A stretch of 61,143 nt of DNA, filler included, from Sphacelaria rigidula (taxonomy: Eukaryota), in NCBI GenBank assembly GCA_964200075.2. It is 9 parts of 9 records of this genome, joined end to end, with 100 filler letters (N's around TTAATTAATTAA, not from the genome) between each part and the next. Parts side by side here need not be neighbours in the genome. Positions count along the whole stretch, not along the records: positions 1 to 6,705 come from CAXNAA020018498.1; positions 6,806 to 13,510 come from CAXNAA020018499.1; 7 more parts are not named here. One strand, given 5' to 3'. Position 1 is the stretch's first letter. Each line of letters starts with the position of its first letter. A model generated the notes under the pieces. The model ran no database searches and was not told the DNA's origin. It saw only the letters and a list, made by a program, of their open reading frames with translations. This document shows, in pieces, positions 1-11,225 of the stretch. The position numbers were made by a program, and so were the translations under genes.

Positions 1-329
1 AGGGGGAAATGCGGGACGTGAACAAAGGTGGCATGAAATCGTTTGATGGATTAGACAGTACGGAGAAAACGATGGTTATACTGGGAGATACATGGTGGCT
101 ACAGACGGCGAAACAGGACGGGGATAAGAAATGTAAAAGTTTTTTGTGCAGTGTATGGAAGAAACGTAATGAGCTACGGAAGAAACGTAATAAACGCCGG
201 GATGTTGAAGGTGTCTCTATTAGGAGTAGGAACGGTGCTCCGTGTCGAAAGGGATGTGTGGTCAATGGTCAAACGACTAAGGCAAGCAACAAATGAGTAC
301 GCCCGCACGCCCCCCCCCCCCACACCCAC
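1..329 (+). mobile_element. 3' end of a non-LTR (LINE-like) element, family A, encoding an ORF2-like C-terminus
   Basis: ORF 9..296 (...ILGDTWW...KSFLCSVWKKRNE...GAPCRKGCVVNGQTTKASNK*) ends at TGAGTACG followed by a C-rich tract. The same end recurs 5'-truncated at about 13271, 27296 (-), 27923, 33150 (-), 34070 and 54072. The LINE assignment is inferred from the 5' truncation and the FL..xW..R motif. Confidence 0.7.
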
Positions 330-867
330 NNNNNNNNNNGGGGACCGTGTCGAAAGGGGGAGGGTGGTAATAGGCACACACAAAAAGCAAGAAAAAAATG
401 ACTTCCCCCCCCCCCCCCCCCCCCCTTCCTGTGTTGCGTTCACCTTCTGTGCCTCCGCGAAATCTGTCCTCTCCACTCCTTTCCCTTCGTAGTACATTCT
501 GTGGATCAAACGCCCGCGGGTGGAGGTAACATGCGTCGAGCGCGAACGTCAGCCCGCCACAAAACGCGTTACAGCTATTCAGATGACAAACGGATGGCGC
601 CGCACCATGCCTGTGGAGTTCGTAGTGAGCGGGGCACAACCGTCGCTGCAGATCGACGTGGGTAGGATATGATGGTACAGTACATGTCGCAGATGCGCAT
701 CGCATCAAGTCGTCTTTAAAACTTGGGACCGTTCTTTGGTATCTTCCCGAGGCCTCTGTGAGATTTTGTCCTCCGTTTTTGTTGCGGATGCGTCACGTTT
801 ATTTATTCAACTTTTTTTTCCTTGATCCCTTGTGTTTTGTCCCTGCTCGGGCTTCCTTCAGCGGTTG

Positions 868-950
868 TTTCCCGTTTTCCACCCTGGACATATCTGTCTG
901 ATGACCACGACTGGATCCGCACGAGGTCACTGAACATGATCCAATCATTC
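868..950 (+). repeat. Dispersed repeat family C, diverged copy of a retroelement-like 3' end
   Basis: ACCACGACTGGATCC..GAGGTCA..AATCA matches 8090-8183 (+) and 27576-27680 (-). Confidence 0.5.
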
Positions 951-1263
951 CCTCAACGACCAGCCAACCAACCTTTCCTGACGGAGGTAGGAAAGACTAA
1001 CTCAATCTTTTTTCCCGTTACACTGAAGTGCTTCACTGTCGTCGGCGTGTATCAATAAGGCGGGCGACGCGAATCACTGATGCTGCATACCACTATTATA
1101 GAGAAAACCACATCGAAAATATGTTCATGAATGCTACGTGCGCTCATATAGTTGGGCGAGACGAACATGCCCCCCACGTAGGCATTGTCTCCCCGATATG
1201 GAGTGCCGCCGAATTTCATGATTACTCTCGCTACTGACCCGATCATCCTTCAGCGGATCCTAC

Positions 1264-4055
1264 CTCCCCAGTAGCCACATAGCGTCTGTGTGCCCCTCCT
1301 TCACCGCTAGCTTGAACCACACGACCGCTGCTCTGTAATCGCGACTACCTCCTGACACTCCCGTGGGGCAATAAAGACGGTCCGAAAACGCCATGCGTTT
1401 GGTGATTGTTAGAATTCGCTATTCTCGGTAGTAGAGAGACTTAGCCCTCAGACAGTCAGGGTAGGTCATAAAGGCTTCATTTATAGCCATTTTTCTACCG
1501 AAAAAAATGACGATTTAATCTATGACACACCCTGGCTGTCAGACGTTCAAGAGAAGAGCAACGGCAGGTATCTGAATCCGCCTACTGCGTGCGCGGCCGC
1601 ACAATCGCATCTTCGTTTCTCAAGTGGACGAGATCTTATTGGCTCTGTCGAGGTGCGACTATCATTGCACCCTGGCGTGCCTCCACGTTACTTGCTAAGG
1701 ACGCTGTGTCGACATTTCTCACTTGCGGCCCGGAAGCGACGGTATTGTAGAGATGGAACCAAAACCCCCGAAATACAGACATGTTCATGTTCAACCATGC
1801 CTGCACCCTGTACTTTCTTTACCAACCAACGCACTGTTTATCTTCTTCATCCATATTGTCACACCCAAGGCATTTTGGCCCGAGGTGCCGATAAATGTTG
1901 CTCTCCTGAAATGTTTCATTTTCGACACCAGCGTAAGGGCTGCCGCACTACCGTAGGAAACTAAAAGGTACATCGCGAACGTACGAATGCTCGGGGGGGG
2001 GGGGGGGGGGGGGTGAAAAAAATATGATTGGAGGGGTTGGCTTTTTTCACACAGAAAATCAGAATTAATAANNNNNNNNNNTTCGGGATGATGAGAGGGG
2101 AAGGATGTGTGATAATGTAGTGGTGTGGGTGGGGGGGGGGGGGGGGGGGGGGCTAAGAAATATATTTATCGTGGTGTTGGCGTTTTACCACCCGAAATTT
2201 GACTTGAAATAGCTGTCGGGGATAAACTCTTCCGCTGTTGGGCTAGTTGGACCTCTCCGGTATTAACAATAGCCATTCTGGGGCTTGTCGTCTCCCGGGG
2301 TTTCTATTTCTCACAGTGTTGACGCATTTTCGCAAGGCGGCAACAGTCGAAATAGAGGGGACTTCACCAAGAGCGGGGAGTCTGCGATAGCCCTTCCAGT
2401 ATCCTCAGTCCAAGCTAGCAAGCGGGAGAGGATGAGTCACTGGATAATGTCGCGGCAAAGCTACATGCCTTCATGTTGTGAAGAGTTGAACCTCGCTGTT
2501 CTCTCTATCCCGACGCTCACCCCGGATAAGATCAAACGACCGTGCCACCTCAATCAACCTCGGGACATTACGATGATTCCGACCCTAATATCCAACACAC
2601 GGGAATAGTTCGAACCACGGGGTGAGTTATTGTGAGGGTCCGGAAATCAACCGCACTTGATGCCCTCTTGGCAGCGATGGAGAAGAAAAAAAAAACAGTC
2701 TTGCCTTCCCTTGACCACAGAGTGCTGCTCTCGATCGAAGGCGCTTGGAACACTCTGCCTTCATTCCCATGTTTGACTTCTATTCCGATCCTTTACAATA
2801 TTTCCCCCCTTTCTCGCCCGAACACATAGACCACCCACCTCTATCATGCAGGAGAAGCACACCGAGAGCAGCCATGGCCTCGGGGTGTCTTGCTTCCGCC
2901 GCTTTCCGGATCAAGTCTAGCGCCATCTCGTGGTCGGCTGCCACAGATATCCCGTACAGCTTCAACAAGCCAAGGAAGTAGAGAGAATCTGTGGCCAAAG
3001 CATGGAGGTACAGGTTAGACAAGTTGGCGGGCGTGTCACGTGTGGTTGATCCCGCACGGAGGAACAGCGGTGTAAACCGAAAGTCATCCTAGGAATACTC
3101 CCGAAAGCGTTGGTGCCGAGAAATAGCCGCGTCTAGGGAAAGAAACGAAATCGTTCTGTTAGCGTCTGATAGAAGCGAAAGTCCCAATTCGCCTGCCAGG
3201 GTCGTTTATTCGGACGTTTGAGCATAGGGCTCATCCAAAACCTCACCGTGGACTGACTGCCTGTGCCTCAATACTCGTCTTCTGTGGTGTATGCATGCTG
3301 ACCAAACACAAAACATTCCAGGCCATTAGGATCTATCTTTCATTACTGTGACTGACGGGTGGGGCAGAGAACTGGAGGGGTAGGATTCACACCCTGGCAA
3401 AGGAATGGCAGCGCATGCCAACAGTTTCAGAGGTACCACGGGAGACAACACACATCAAAATCTCGTGTCCATGCCGAGGATATCCTATTCACCAACGATG
3501 TTGAGCTTGCCCTCCGAGGCATCTACGACGCTATACTCCCGACGACTCCGCTCCTTTTCCCACACGTCGCATCAGAAGATGCTTTGATGGAAAATACACG
3601 TGAGACGGCCCAACAGGTGAGTTACGACACTCTAGATGACACCGGCTGGATCTGCTGGGATCAACCTCCCTGTCAACGAGCCCCGCGGTCATCATTCACA
3701 TGTGCTCCGGATCCACGGCGGTTAGTACGTTTGACCTATTGACTATAGGCGGCGGGTTTTTGCAGCAGCAACAATCTTCATCGAGTGGACGGGTGGGGGG
3801 CTGACAAGAATTAAATATTACCTCGATTTCCCTGATCAGCCCCTCTCACGGCCGACTGCACCACAGAAATGGAGACCTCTCCCCCAAACCTCAACCCTAA
3901 TTCTTTCCCCAGCTCGTACTCTAGACCAGTCGACGATGCAAATGCTCCTGGAGCTGCTGGCGCCGCAAACGCCCCTGGAGCTGCCACGGGATGTTGTGAA
4001 GCGGCCCCCGGATCAGCGCCTTCTGCAGCTTCGGAGTAGAGGCCTTCCATTATTC
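1264..4055 (-). CDS. Sel1-like repeat protein (partial, spliced)
   Basis: Exons about 4055-3822, 2988-2839 and 1351-1264 have GT/AG sites with matching phase 1/1. They join to ...VRGADQGNRDSLYFLGLLKLYGISVAADHEMALDLIRKAAEARHPEAMAALGVLLLHDRGGSRDYRAAVVWFKLAVKEGHTDAMWLLGR, which are tandem Sel1 repeats. Start and downstream exons are unresolved. Confidence 0.85.
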
Positions 4056-5599
4056 CTGAAGTCTTTTTAGACCGAGAGTTGTCACGCGGACGGATGGAGC
4101 ATGCACATAGACTCCTAGATATCAAAATATGCAACTTGAATCGTATACCCTCTCCTCGCCTGGTCATCATGCGGCCGCTCGTGTTGGTGTGTTCGAGATA
4201 GAAAAGACCCGACCCGCTATGAAGATACATGAAGCTGGGCCAAGGTATAGGGTTTCAGCGCTCTTGCTGCTTGAAACGTTTCCTTTCCTTCCTCTTCTAT
4301 TTGAGGTTATAGTTGGCCACCTTATTTTCCTCTTTCCTATCCCTTACTGCCGAACAGCGGGGATAGAGTACCTTTTCCGCCATCTTCGGGTTCTTTCTGT
4401 TCGGGTATAGATCATTATGGCGCCAAGCGGCGGATATCGACAACACAGGTACGCATTTCCTTTCCTCGCTTGGAGGAAGAATGTGACTTCAAAACTTTGC
4501 TCTGGCCCGCGGTAATATCGACCAAAAAGCACAGATTAACCCTTAGACCGCGGGGGTAGTCCATGTGGAACATGCATACTTTCTTCCAGTGAAGTTCATA
4601 CCAATTCAACAGATGACCTAATCTCACCGTCTAAGGCTGAAGTCGCCTTTATTGACAGGCGACCATAACTGCTGACAATCGGGTCCAAGAATGGAGCCCT
4701 TTTTCTTACTATGCCTGGCATTAAGCGTTGTCGTGTTTGTCATCCTCTTACAGCCATGATACTACGGTTCCTTGATTGCGCGCCTCAGATGCTGTGACAT
4801 ATTGTGAGCTTCGTTCCTTGAGAAAAGTCTTCGGTGCTGGAATTCAAGCGTCGAATTGCCATCTCTTTGTCTCTTGAATGTCGGGCCGGGTGTATCCCGA
4901 AGAGACAACACGTACACAAACATGAGGGCTGGGGCCCCGTTGAGGCGTTCATTGTACGTCACCACGCTCGAAGTGCGTGTCAAAATTCTTCTCGCAAACC
5001 ACGACCAGCAGCAGATGCTGACGGTCGGAGATTACCATCAGCGATGGTCGCGCCACCACCTCGTGTTGGATCGTGTGTACGGGGATGCGTTGGGTGCGAC
5101 CAGCGTGCTGAGACTCAGCCTTTCGCAGACACAACCGAGACGAATGCACGGAATGAAAAATGCAGAACGACGACCCCAACCCGCCGCCCGTTCGACGATA
5201 AACCTATATCGCTGCAATCTTGTCGGCCTAAAAGAAAACACTCGCGGGATATTTGACTCACGCCCACTCTGTCAGCTGGCGACTATTCAAGCCTACAGTG
5301 GAACGATTGCCGGTGGCAACCACAATGACGCGAGCAAAGGGTACCCCGAACCAAAGGGACGCGCAGAGCTCATGTTCTGTACCGCTGCATTTATGCTTGG
5401 TGTGTGACCCCGGCTGATGAGCCCACATACACCAAAAGGTGTCGACTGGCGTCCAGAAAAGGCGGGGATGACAATCTATACACACACATATCTCCGAGGA
5501 AAAAATCTGAACTTCATTCTGGTGCCGCCTGAAACTATAGGCATTAGTAGTACCGGTCAGCTCGTGTTGTCCGACGTATTTTCCAGACAAGGATTTCAA

Positions 5600-6644
5600 G
5601 GGCAGGTCGAGTAGAGTATACTCGATACTCAGTATTTTCGAAGAGTTATACTTTTAGTACTCAAAAATTGAGTATTTTAGGCCGTACTCAACCTACTCAA
5701 GAGTTGAGAAGAGTTTTTGAGGCCGGACTCGACCCACTCAATATTTGAGTAGAGTATCAAGGTCATACCCAAGTGATACTCCATACTCAAGTATTACTGA
5801 GAGTGCTTGCTCAATATTTGAGTAGGGTATTGGAGGTCGTACTCGATCTACTCAAAAAATGAGTAGAGCATTTGAGGCCGTACTCGACCCACTCAGACAT
5901 TGAGTAGAGTACTTGAGGCCGTACTCGACCTACTGAAAATTTAAGAAGAGTATTGAGGTCATATTCAATTTACCCAAAATTTGAGTAGAGTATTTGAGGT
6001 CATACTCAATTGACCCAAAATTCGAGTACAGGATTTCAGGTCATACCCAATCTACCCGAAAGTTGGGTAGAGTATCTGAGGCTGGACCAGATGTCCCACC
6101 GCTGACTCTCCCATGGAGGAGTCACATGTGCCCGTAGAATCGCTCATTTTGATCATACCTACCCGACAACCCGTATCCTCGACTACTCAATGATGATGAG
6201 TAGCGCTCTGTACTGAAAGTGGTATCGAAGGGGTTGAGAGGTATCAAGTATGCACTGCTGTGGGTGGGAACACGTGAGCCGGGGCAGGTAGATTCATTCA
6301 CGTGCACGTTTGTTTGTTTTTTATGACCATCATTCGCTCATACGCATTGTAGCCCGTGACGTATCGCCACTCATCTAATTGATGGCCATCATTCGCTCAT
6401 GTATTCAACATAGTCTGTGAAGTGACGTCACGAAGTCGCCGACGGTCACGGTTACTTATCATACCCAAGTGATACTCTACACTCGGGTATGATTGAGAGT
6501 GCTTACTCAATATTTGAGTAGGGTATTGGAGGTCGTGCTCCATCTACTCAAAATTTGAGTGGAATATTTGAGGCCGTGCTCGACCCACTCAAAACTTGAG
6601 TAGAATATTGAGGTCATACCCAAGTGATCTCTATACTCAAGTAA
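5600..6644. repeat. Degenerate ~41-bp tandem array rich in GAGTA/TACTC, interrupted at about 6085-6455
   Basis: Unit is approximately GAGTAGAGTATTTGAGGCCGTACTCGACCCACTCAAAATTT. Block 6457-6560 repeats 5763-5870. Probably the body of a non-autonomous DNA transposon (inference). Confidence 0.8.
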
Positions 6645-6705
6645 CAGGGTTGCCAGAAAAATGAGAAGGTATTTTGAAATGAGAATCCACCGCTCCCCGG
6701 GATTG
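6645..6705 (+). mobile_element. Terminus of a young DNA transposon beginning CAGGGTTGCCAG, truncated by the scaffold end
   Basis: Exact reverse complement of 47639-47699 on another scaffold. A CAGGG start is typical of hAT-like TIRs. Confidence 0.7.
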
Positions 6706-6805
6706 NNNNNNNNNNNNNNNNNNNNNNNNNNNNNNNNNNNNNNNNNNNNTTAATTAATTAANNNNNNNNNNNNNNNNNNNNNNNNNNNNNNNNNNNNNNN
6801 NNNNN
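6706..6805. other. Artificial scaffold-joining linker N44-TTAATTAATTAA-N44
   Basis: Identical 100-bp linkers start at 6706, 13511, 20316, 27121, 33926, 40731, 47536 and 54340. TTAATTAATTAA has stop codons in all six frames. Confidence 0.97.
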
Positions 6806-7959
6806 CCCCCCCCGCGTGCGCCCTTTCTAAACCGGATCAGGGTTGTTTGAGAGAACGAAGTAGCCAAACACGCCTCCATACGCACGCAGCGGGTGAATAA
6901 TATGGAGTCTGGAGACTGCATGAATTTATGAGGAGCTCATCGCAGTTGGGTAGGCCATATCGATGGCGAGAAATCATCGGGGACTGACAGTAATAATCTT
7001 TCCGACCATGAATCGCCGGTTACTTCGGTGCTGTCTCCTGCCCTCGCGATACAGTGTTATTCCCTTTCGATAATATGGCGGTGGTATTTTTAATGTTGAG
7101 TGCTCAAACACAGCACACCTGGCGTCTAACGAGGCCGCAGGTAGGTACTGACACAGCAGGTTCGGCGACCCAAGGCGTTTTGTGCACTGCGTGGCTCGAA
7201 AGGACGATTATTTACAATGTTGCGGTGATGCTGAGAATTATATCACTTTTTAATGGCAATTCTAGGGGGGAACGGTATGAAATCCGCGCGGAGGCAGCGG
7301 CAGATCTTGCCAGCGCTGTCGCTTACGTTGGCTCCCTGTCGGTCGAGGCTGGCACCATGACTGGAAATAACCACCAGTTGAGTTTCTCCATATATTAGAG
7401 GGAGATGACCTTGGCTTTTATACGTGGTGTCGAGCAAGAAACGGCCGTACAACCGCGCCGAACAGAACAGTGTCTTGTGCTAAGGACCACTGTGGAGCCG
7501 TTTGGGGAGGGGGCGATGCCCCCTTCCAGACAATGCCAGGCTCACAGGTACCACGACGGTCTCACGAGGAGAAGAGCGGTTGCTGTGGTATTCCTCTAGC
7601 AGAATCACCCAAAAATCCGTTCAGCAAGCATTCCCACGTCAACATTTCAACATTTTTACGTTTCACGTGGTTCCGGAATAGGGCAGAGTGCAAGTTGCAA
7701 TGTTTTATTTTCACGAATGGATCGCGGGTATTCCAACCCTGCCCAGGCGTGGTTTGCATCGTACAGTCGGTTCGATAGTGGCACACAGTGTCAACTTCGT
7801 CGTGTATTACGTGGCAGCGATACATTTCGTGTAGTAAGTGCTTCCTCCCTCCTCTGCAATATGCATCCTTTCCCATCCGGCTGGCTTAAGCCTGTGCAGA
7901 GGTCTGTAGAGCCACCTCGTCGTGCTGATGTGGACACCTCTCTTCAAAGAACGTCTGTC

Positions 7960-8183
7960 CCTCTAGTTTCCGCATATTTTAGGCCTTGGATTTCTGTATT
8001 CCTCATATTTTTTCATGCATCTTAGTCTACTGTGTAGCTCTGTTCTACTTTTTTCTGCTTCTTCTTTTCTGCAGCGAGTGTTTCAGTTTTTCTTTTTGTC
8101 TTGGGTACGTCTATCATGCAACCACGGCTGGATCCCTTGGAGGTCAGTTCAAGCGCGACAATAAATCAATCAATCAATCAAAA
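7960..8183 (+). repeat. Dispersed repeat family C: T-rich body ending in an (ATCA)n tail, probable non-LTR/SINE 3' end
   Basis: GGGTACG..TATCATG..ACCACGGCTGGATCCCTTGGAGGTCAGTTCAAGCGCGACAATAAATCAATCAATCAATC. An inverted copy lies at 27576-27880. Confidence 0.65.
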
Positions 8184-8740
8184 TGAAAAAATGGAGAATG
8201 ACCGTCTCCAATGGACGCCGCGGATGATGAATTATAACCGCTGTAAAATGCCCCCATAATGTTGAAAAGGAACAACACTGCAGTGCCTGATGGCTGTGAC
8301 ATGGTTCTTCTGTGCGACACCATCAATATGTCGTTCCCCCTTTTTCACCGTTTGCGTACAGTCTGCAAATCTGCAGTCCAAGACCAGCTACAGCCCCGCC
8401 TCCGAAAATTCACACCCGCTCGTTGACTTGCAAAACTTGAACTCCGTAGGAAGTACTTCATGAAAATCTCCTCGAAAAAACAAGTGCTCAAGAGAACACT
8501 TTGTTTCTTTCTCAGACGACCGCACTACGAAAACTCCGGAAGAAGCGGCCTGAGAGCTTCGTCTGTGCAGGGCGGCGTTACTGCGTAGCTATATACTGTT
8601 CCTATATCCCTCATCGCTGGATCCTATCCTGGAAGTCGGTCGGACTCCGAGCACCGTCATACCACCTTCGAAATCCATATGAACTAAAATACCATGAAAC
8701 GCCGTACGCACATTTGATACTGCCTGTACTCGTAATTCAG

Positions 8741-10993
8741 GTGCTCACCGTGGTGTCCTGGGCGGGAAATATGGTGGCTATTTCCTCAGGGGGGCGACTG
8801 GACGGCAAGAAAAATGTATCTGTCTCGGGCGATGTCACAACTCTGCCCCCCGTCCGCTTCTTCTCGCCTGCAGGATGGGCCTTCGCCATCTGGGGCCCCA
8901 TAATATCGGGTGAGTCGTCGACAAGGCCATGGACGCTACACTAGAACTTGAACTTGATACGCACAATTGAGTAGCTTCCTTCTGTATCTTTGCCGGCGCT
9001 GCAGGTTTCTCAGCGTAGAGCCGTTTTGTGCCGTCTAACTGCTGGTGTTACTCGAGAATCCACCGATGCATATTCAGTTATGTATGCTGTCCTCACCGTC
9101 CTCGCGCGCGAACGCACGCTTGTCCAGGAGAAACCATCATGGCAATCTACCAGGCTTTGCCGTTGGCAGCGGTACGTGCCAGTTCGGGCTGGCTTTCACA
9201 GCTCAGTCCTTGGCTTGGTGGAGCTTATCTGCTGCAGGTAAGTATATCCATATCGTTGTGGTTGCGCTTCTTGTGATCGCTAGTGGTGTCGATTGGGCTC
9301 GGACGGGTTACAACGAGAGACGGAGTTGTGAATTTACATTGATGCTGTATCGGGATTTCGTCTTTACCGCGTGTTCTTGGCAGGACCGGCTGCCGGGGAG
9401 CGATGACGTCTCTTTTCTGTTGAGATATATCTAGTAGTGCAATTGAATCCCGACGACAGACAGACACTGCACAGATGGCATTCAAAGTACAACGTCTAAA
9501 AATATTTTCAGACTACGGTCTCTATCTCTTCCATGCTCACCAGCAAACCACGTTGGATCATTTCGACTGATTCCCTCCGTTGATCCTCCACCGGACTCTT
9601 TGTACCACGTTACCGCCCATTCTGTCACACATAGAGTTGCTGGTGTGCTTCCTTCCGAGAGTGGGCGAGAGATGCCGGTCTACTTTGGTTCCCGGCAGCG
9701 TTGCTGGGAGGCGCTGGTGTGTGTTTGGGCGGTGCTCATGGGGTATTGCGCGCAGCAGTTCGAGCAGGGAGTATGAGCGGTCTCCAATATGCCTTGGTTC
9801 ACCTTCCCCTCAGGTGAGCGGGAGCGAGAGGGATGAACATGCAGGCGTGTCGATCTCCGTGTGTAGATTGAGCGGAACGCGTAAGTACGGAAGTAGTGTT
9901 TGGGGCCACCGATGCATGTAAATGTTCGAGATATTTTGTGTTCGCTGCGGTGCTTGGGTGTGGAATCTAACCCCGACGATCGTGTTTCAATGCAATTCAC
10001 AGACCAGAATCAAGCCTGTTTTTTTGGCGTGTGGTTGACCGTAGCATCTGGGGCGCGTGCAATTTCCGTCACATTTTAGCATTGGAATCGTCCAGTGTCA
10101 TTTGACCTCAAAGATCAAGCTATGCTGGCACGTCCCCTAGAGTTTTCTGCCGGAAAGCTGCAAGCGCTAGACGTACTTTGGCCGGGAACGCGGTGCCTTC
10201 ACTCCAGTGTGGGCGTTTGTTATCAGGCAACATTGATTCGCCGATTGTCACCGAATCGCCCTTGCCGTTTCATTCGCCGTCCTCCGTCTTCTTTATCCTA
10301 TTCGTAGTCGTCTGCACCCACAACATGAGGACTCAACCGACCTCGACTCCCCCGTGTTCGTGTTTTGGATTGATCTTTTTTTTTACACCAGCCTCCATTT
10401 CGGGTGGATTTCCTGTGCAACGCTGGTCAACCTCAACGGATACTTGGCGCTTGTGCCGAAGTTTTCTCACAAGGCGTTGCTACGGTTTTCGTTGGCGTCT
10501 ATCGCCGCGGGTGTTTCTCTGGCTGTAGCGGTAACGACGAAAAGCGGCGATCCGGTATATGCCGCGGTGGTTGCATGGGCTTTATCGGCAATTTCGAGCG
10601 AGACCGGTTGGAAATCCATGAAGGTAAGTACGAGGTGAGCGTGTCCCGCGTCGCTTCACGAACGCTCCAAGAGCCCAGTTTTTCGTTCTCGGGTCGAGTG
10701 AAGCTGTTGTGTACTTACGTCTACAGTAGGGCGTTGTTCACTTTTTCTTCTTCACTCGACGCATGAGGTGTCGAGTCGTAACCAGGGTGTTCATACATTT
10801 CATTTGCACGCAATTGTCTAACTCAGCGTTTGTACTCCCCCACGACGCCCGCATGCTTACTGTGAACTCGCAGATGCGCGTCGAAGCTTCCACCTTACGA
10901 ACGCAACAGTTAGCCGCCGCACTCGGAGCGGCAGCGTGCGCGGCGACCGCTGTCTTCGTTCCCACTGTCCTCAGGAAGTTCTTGGCAAAGTAG
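8741..10993 (+). CDS. TspO/MBR-like (tryptophan-rich sensory protein-like) multi-pass membrane protein, 5' end unresolved
   Basis: Five exons: 8741-8909, 9128-9237, 9635-9813, 10392-10623, 10874-10993 (stop TAG). All are GT-AG with matching phases 1, 0, 2, 0. Motifs FSPAGWAFAIWGPI, LQSCWCASF, LPLSLHFGWISCATLVNLN and DPVYAAVVAWAL. Confidence 0.85.
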
Positions 10994-11225
10994 GCGTGTT
11001 CGTCCATCAGGCGTGTAAACCGTCCACGGAGAAAAATACCCCTTCATAGTAAGCGTTGGTTTGTGATTCAGTGACTGGTGTACATGAGTTTCCAGCGTAG
11101 GCGCATCTGGGCTTTCCGGAAGTACTGCCGGGGGAGGGGATGGGAACGGGCTTGCTTGGACTTATTCGTTGTGCTAGTGTTCTGAAGCTGTTTACATGAC
11201 GATATAAATGTGAAGAACAACGGAG

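Noticed and set aside
5600..6644. CRISPR array
   Set aside because: Units are contiguous and degenerate, with no unique spacers and no cas genes. The context is eukaryotic.
6750..6761. Periodic TTAATTAATTAA motif as a biological signal
   Set aside because: It is a synthetic six-frame stop linker embedded in N runs.
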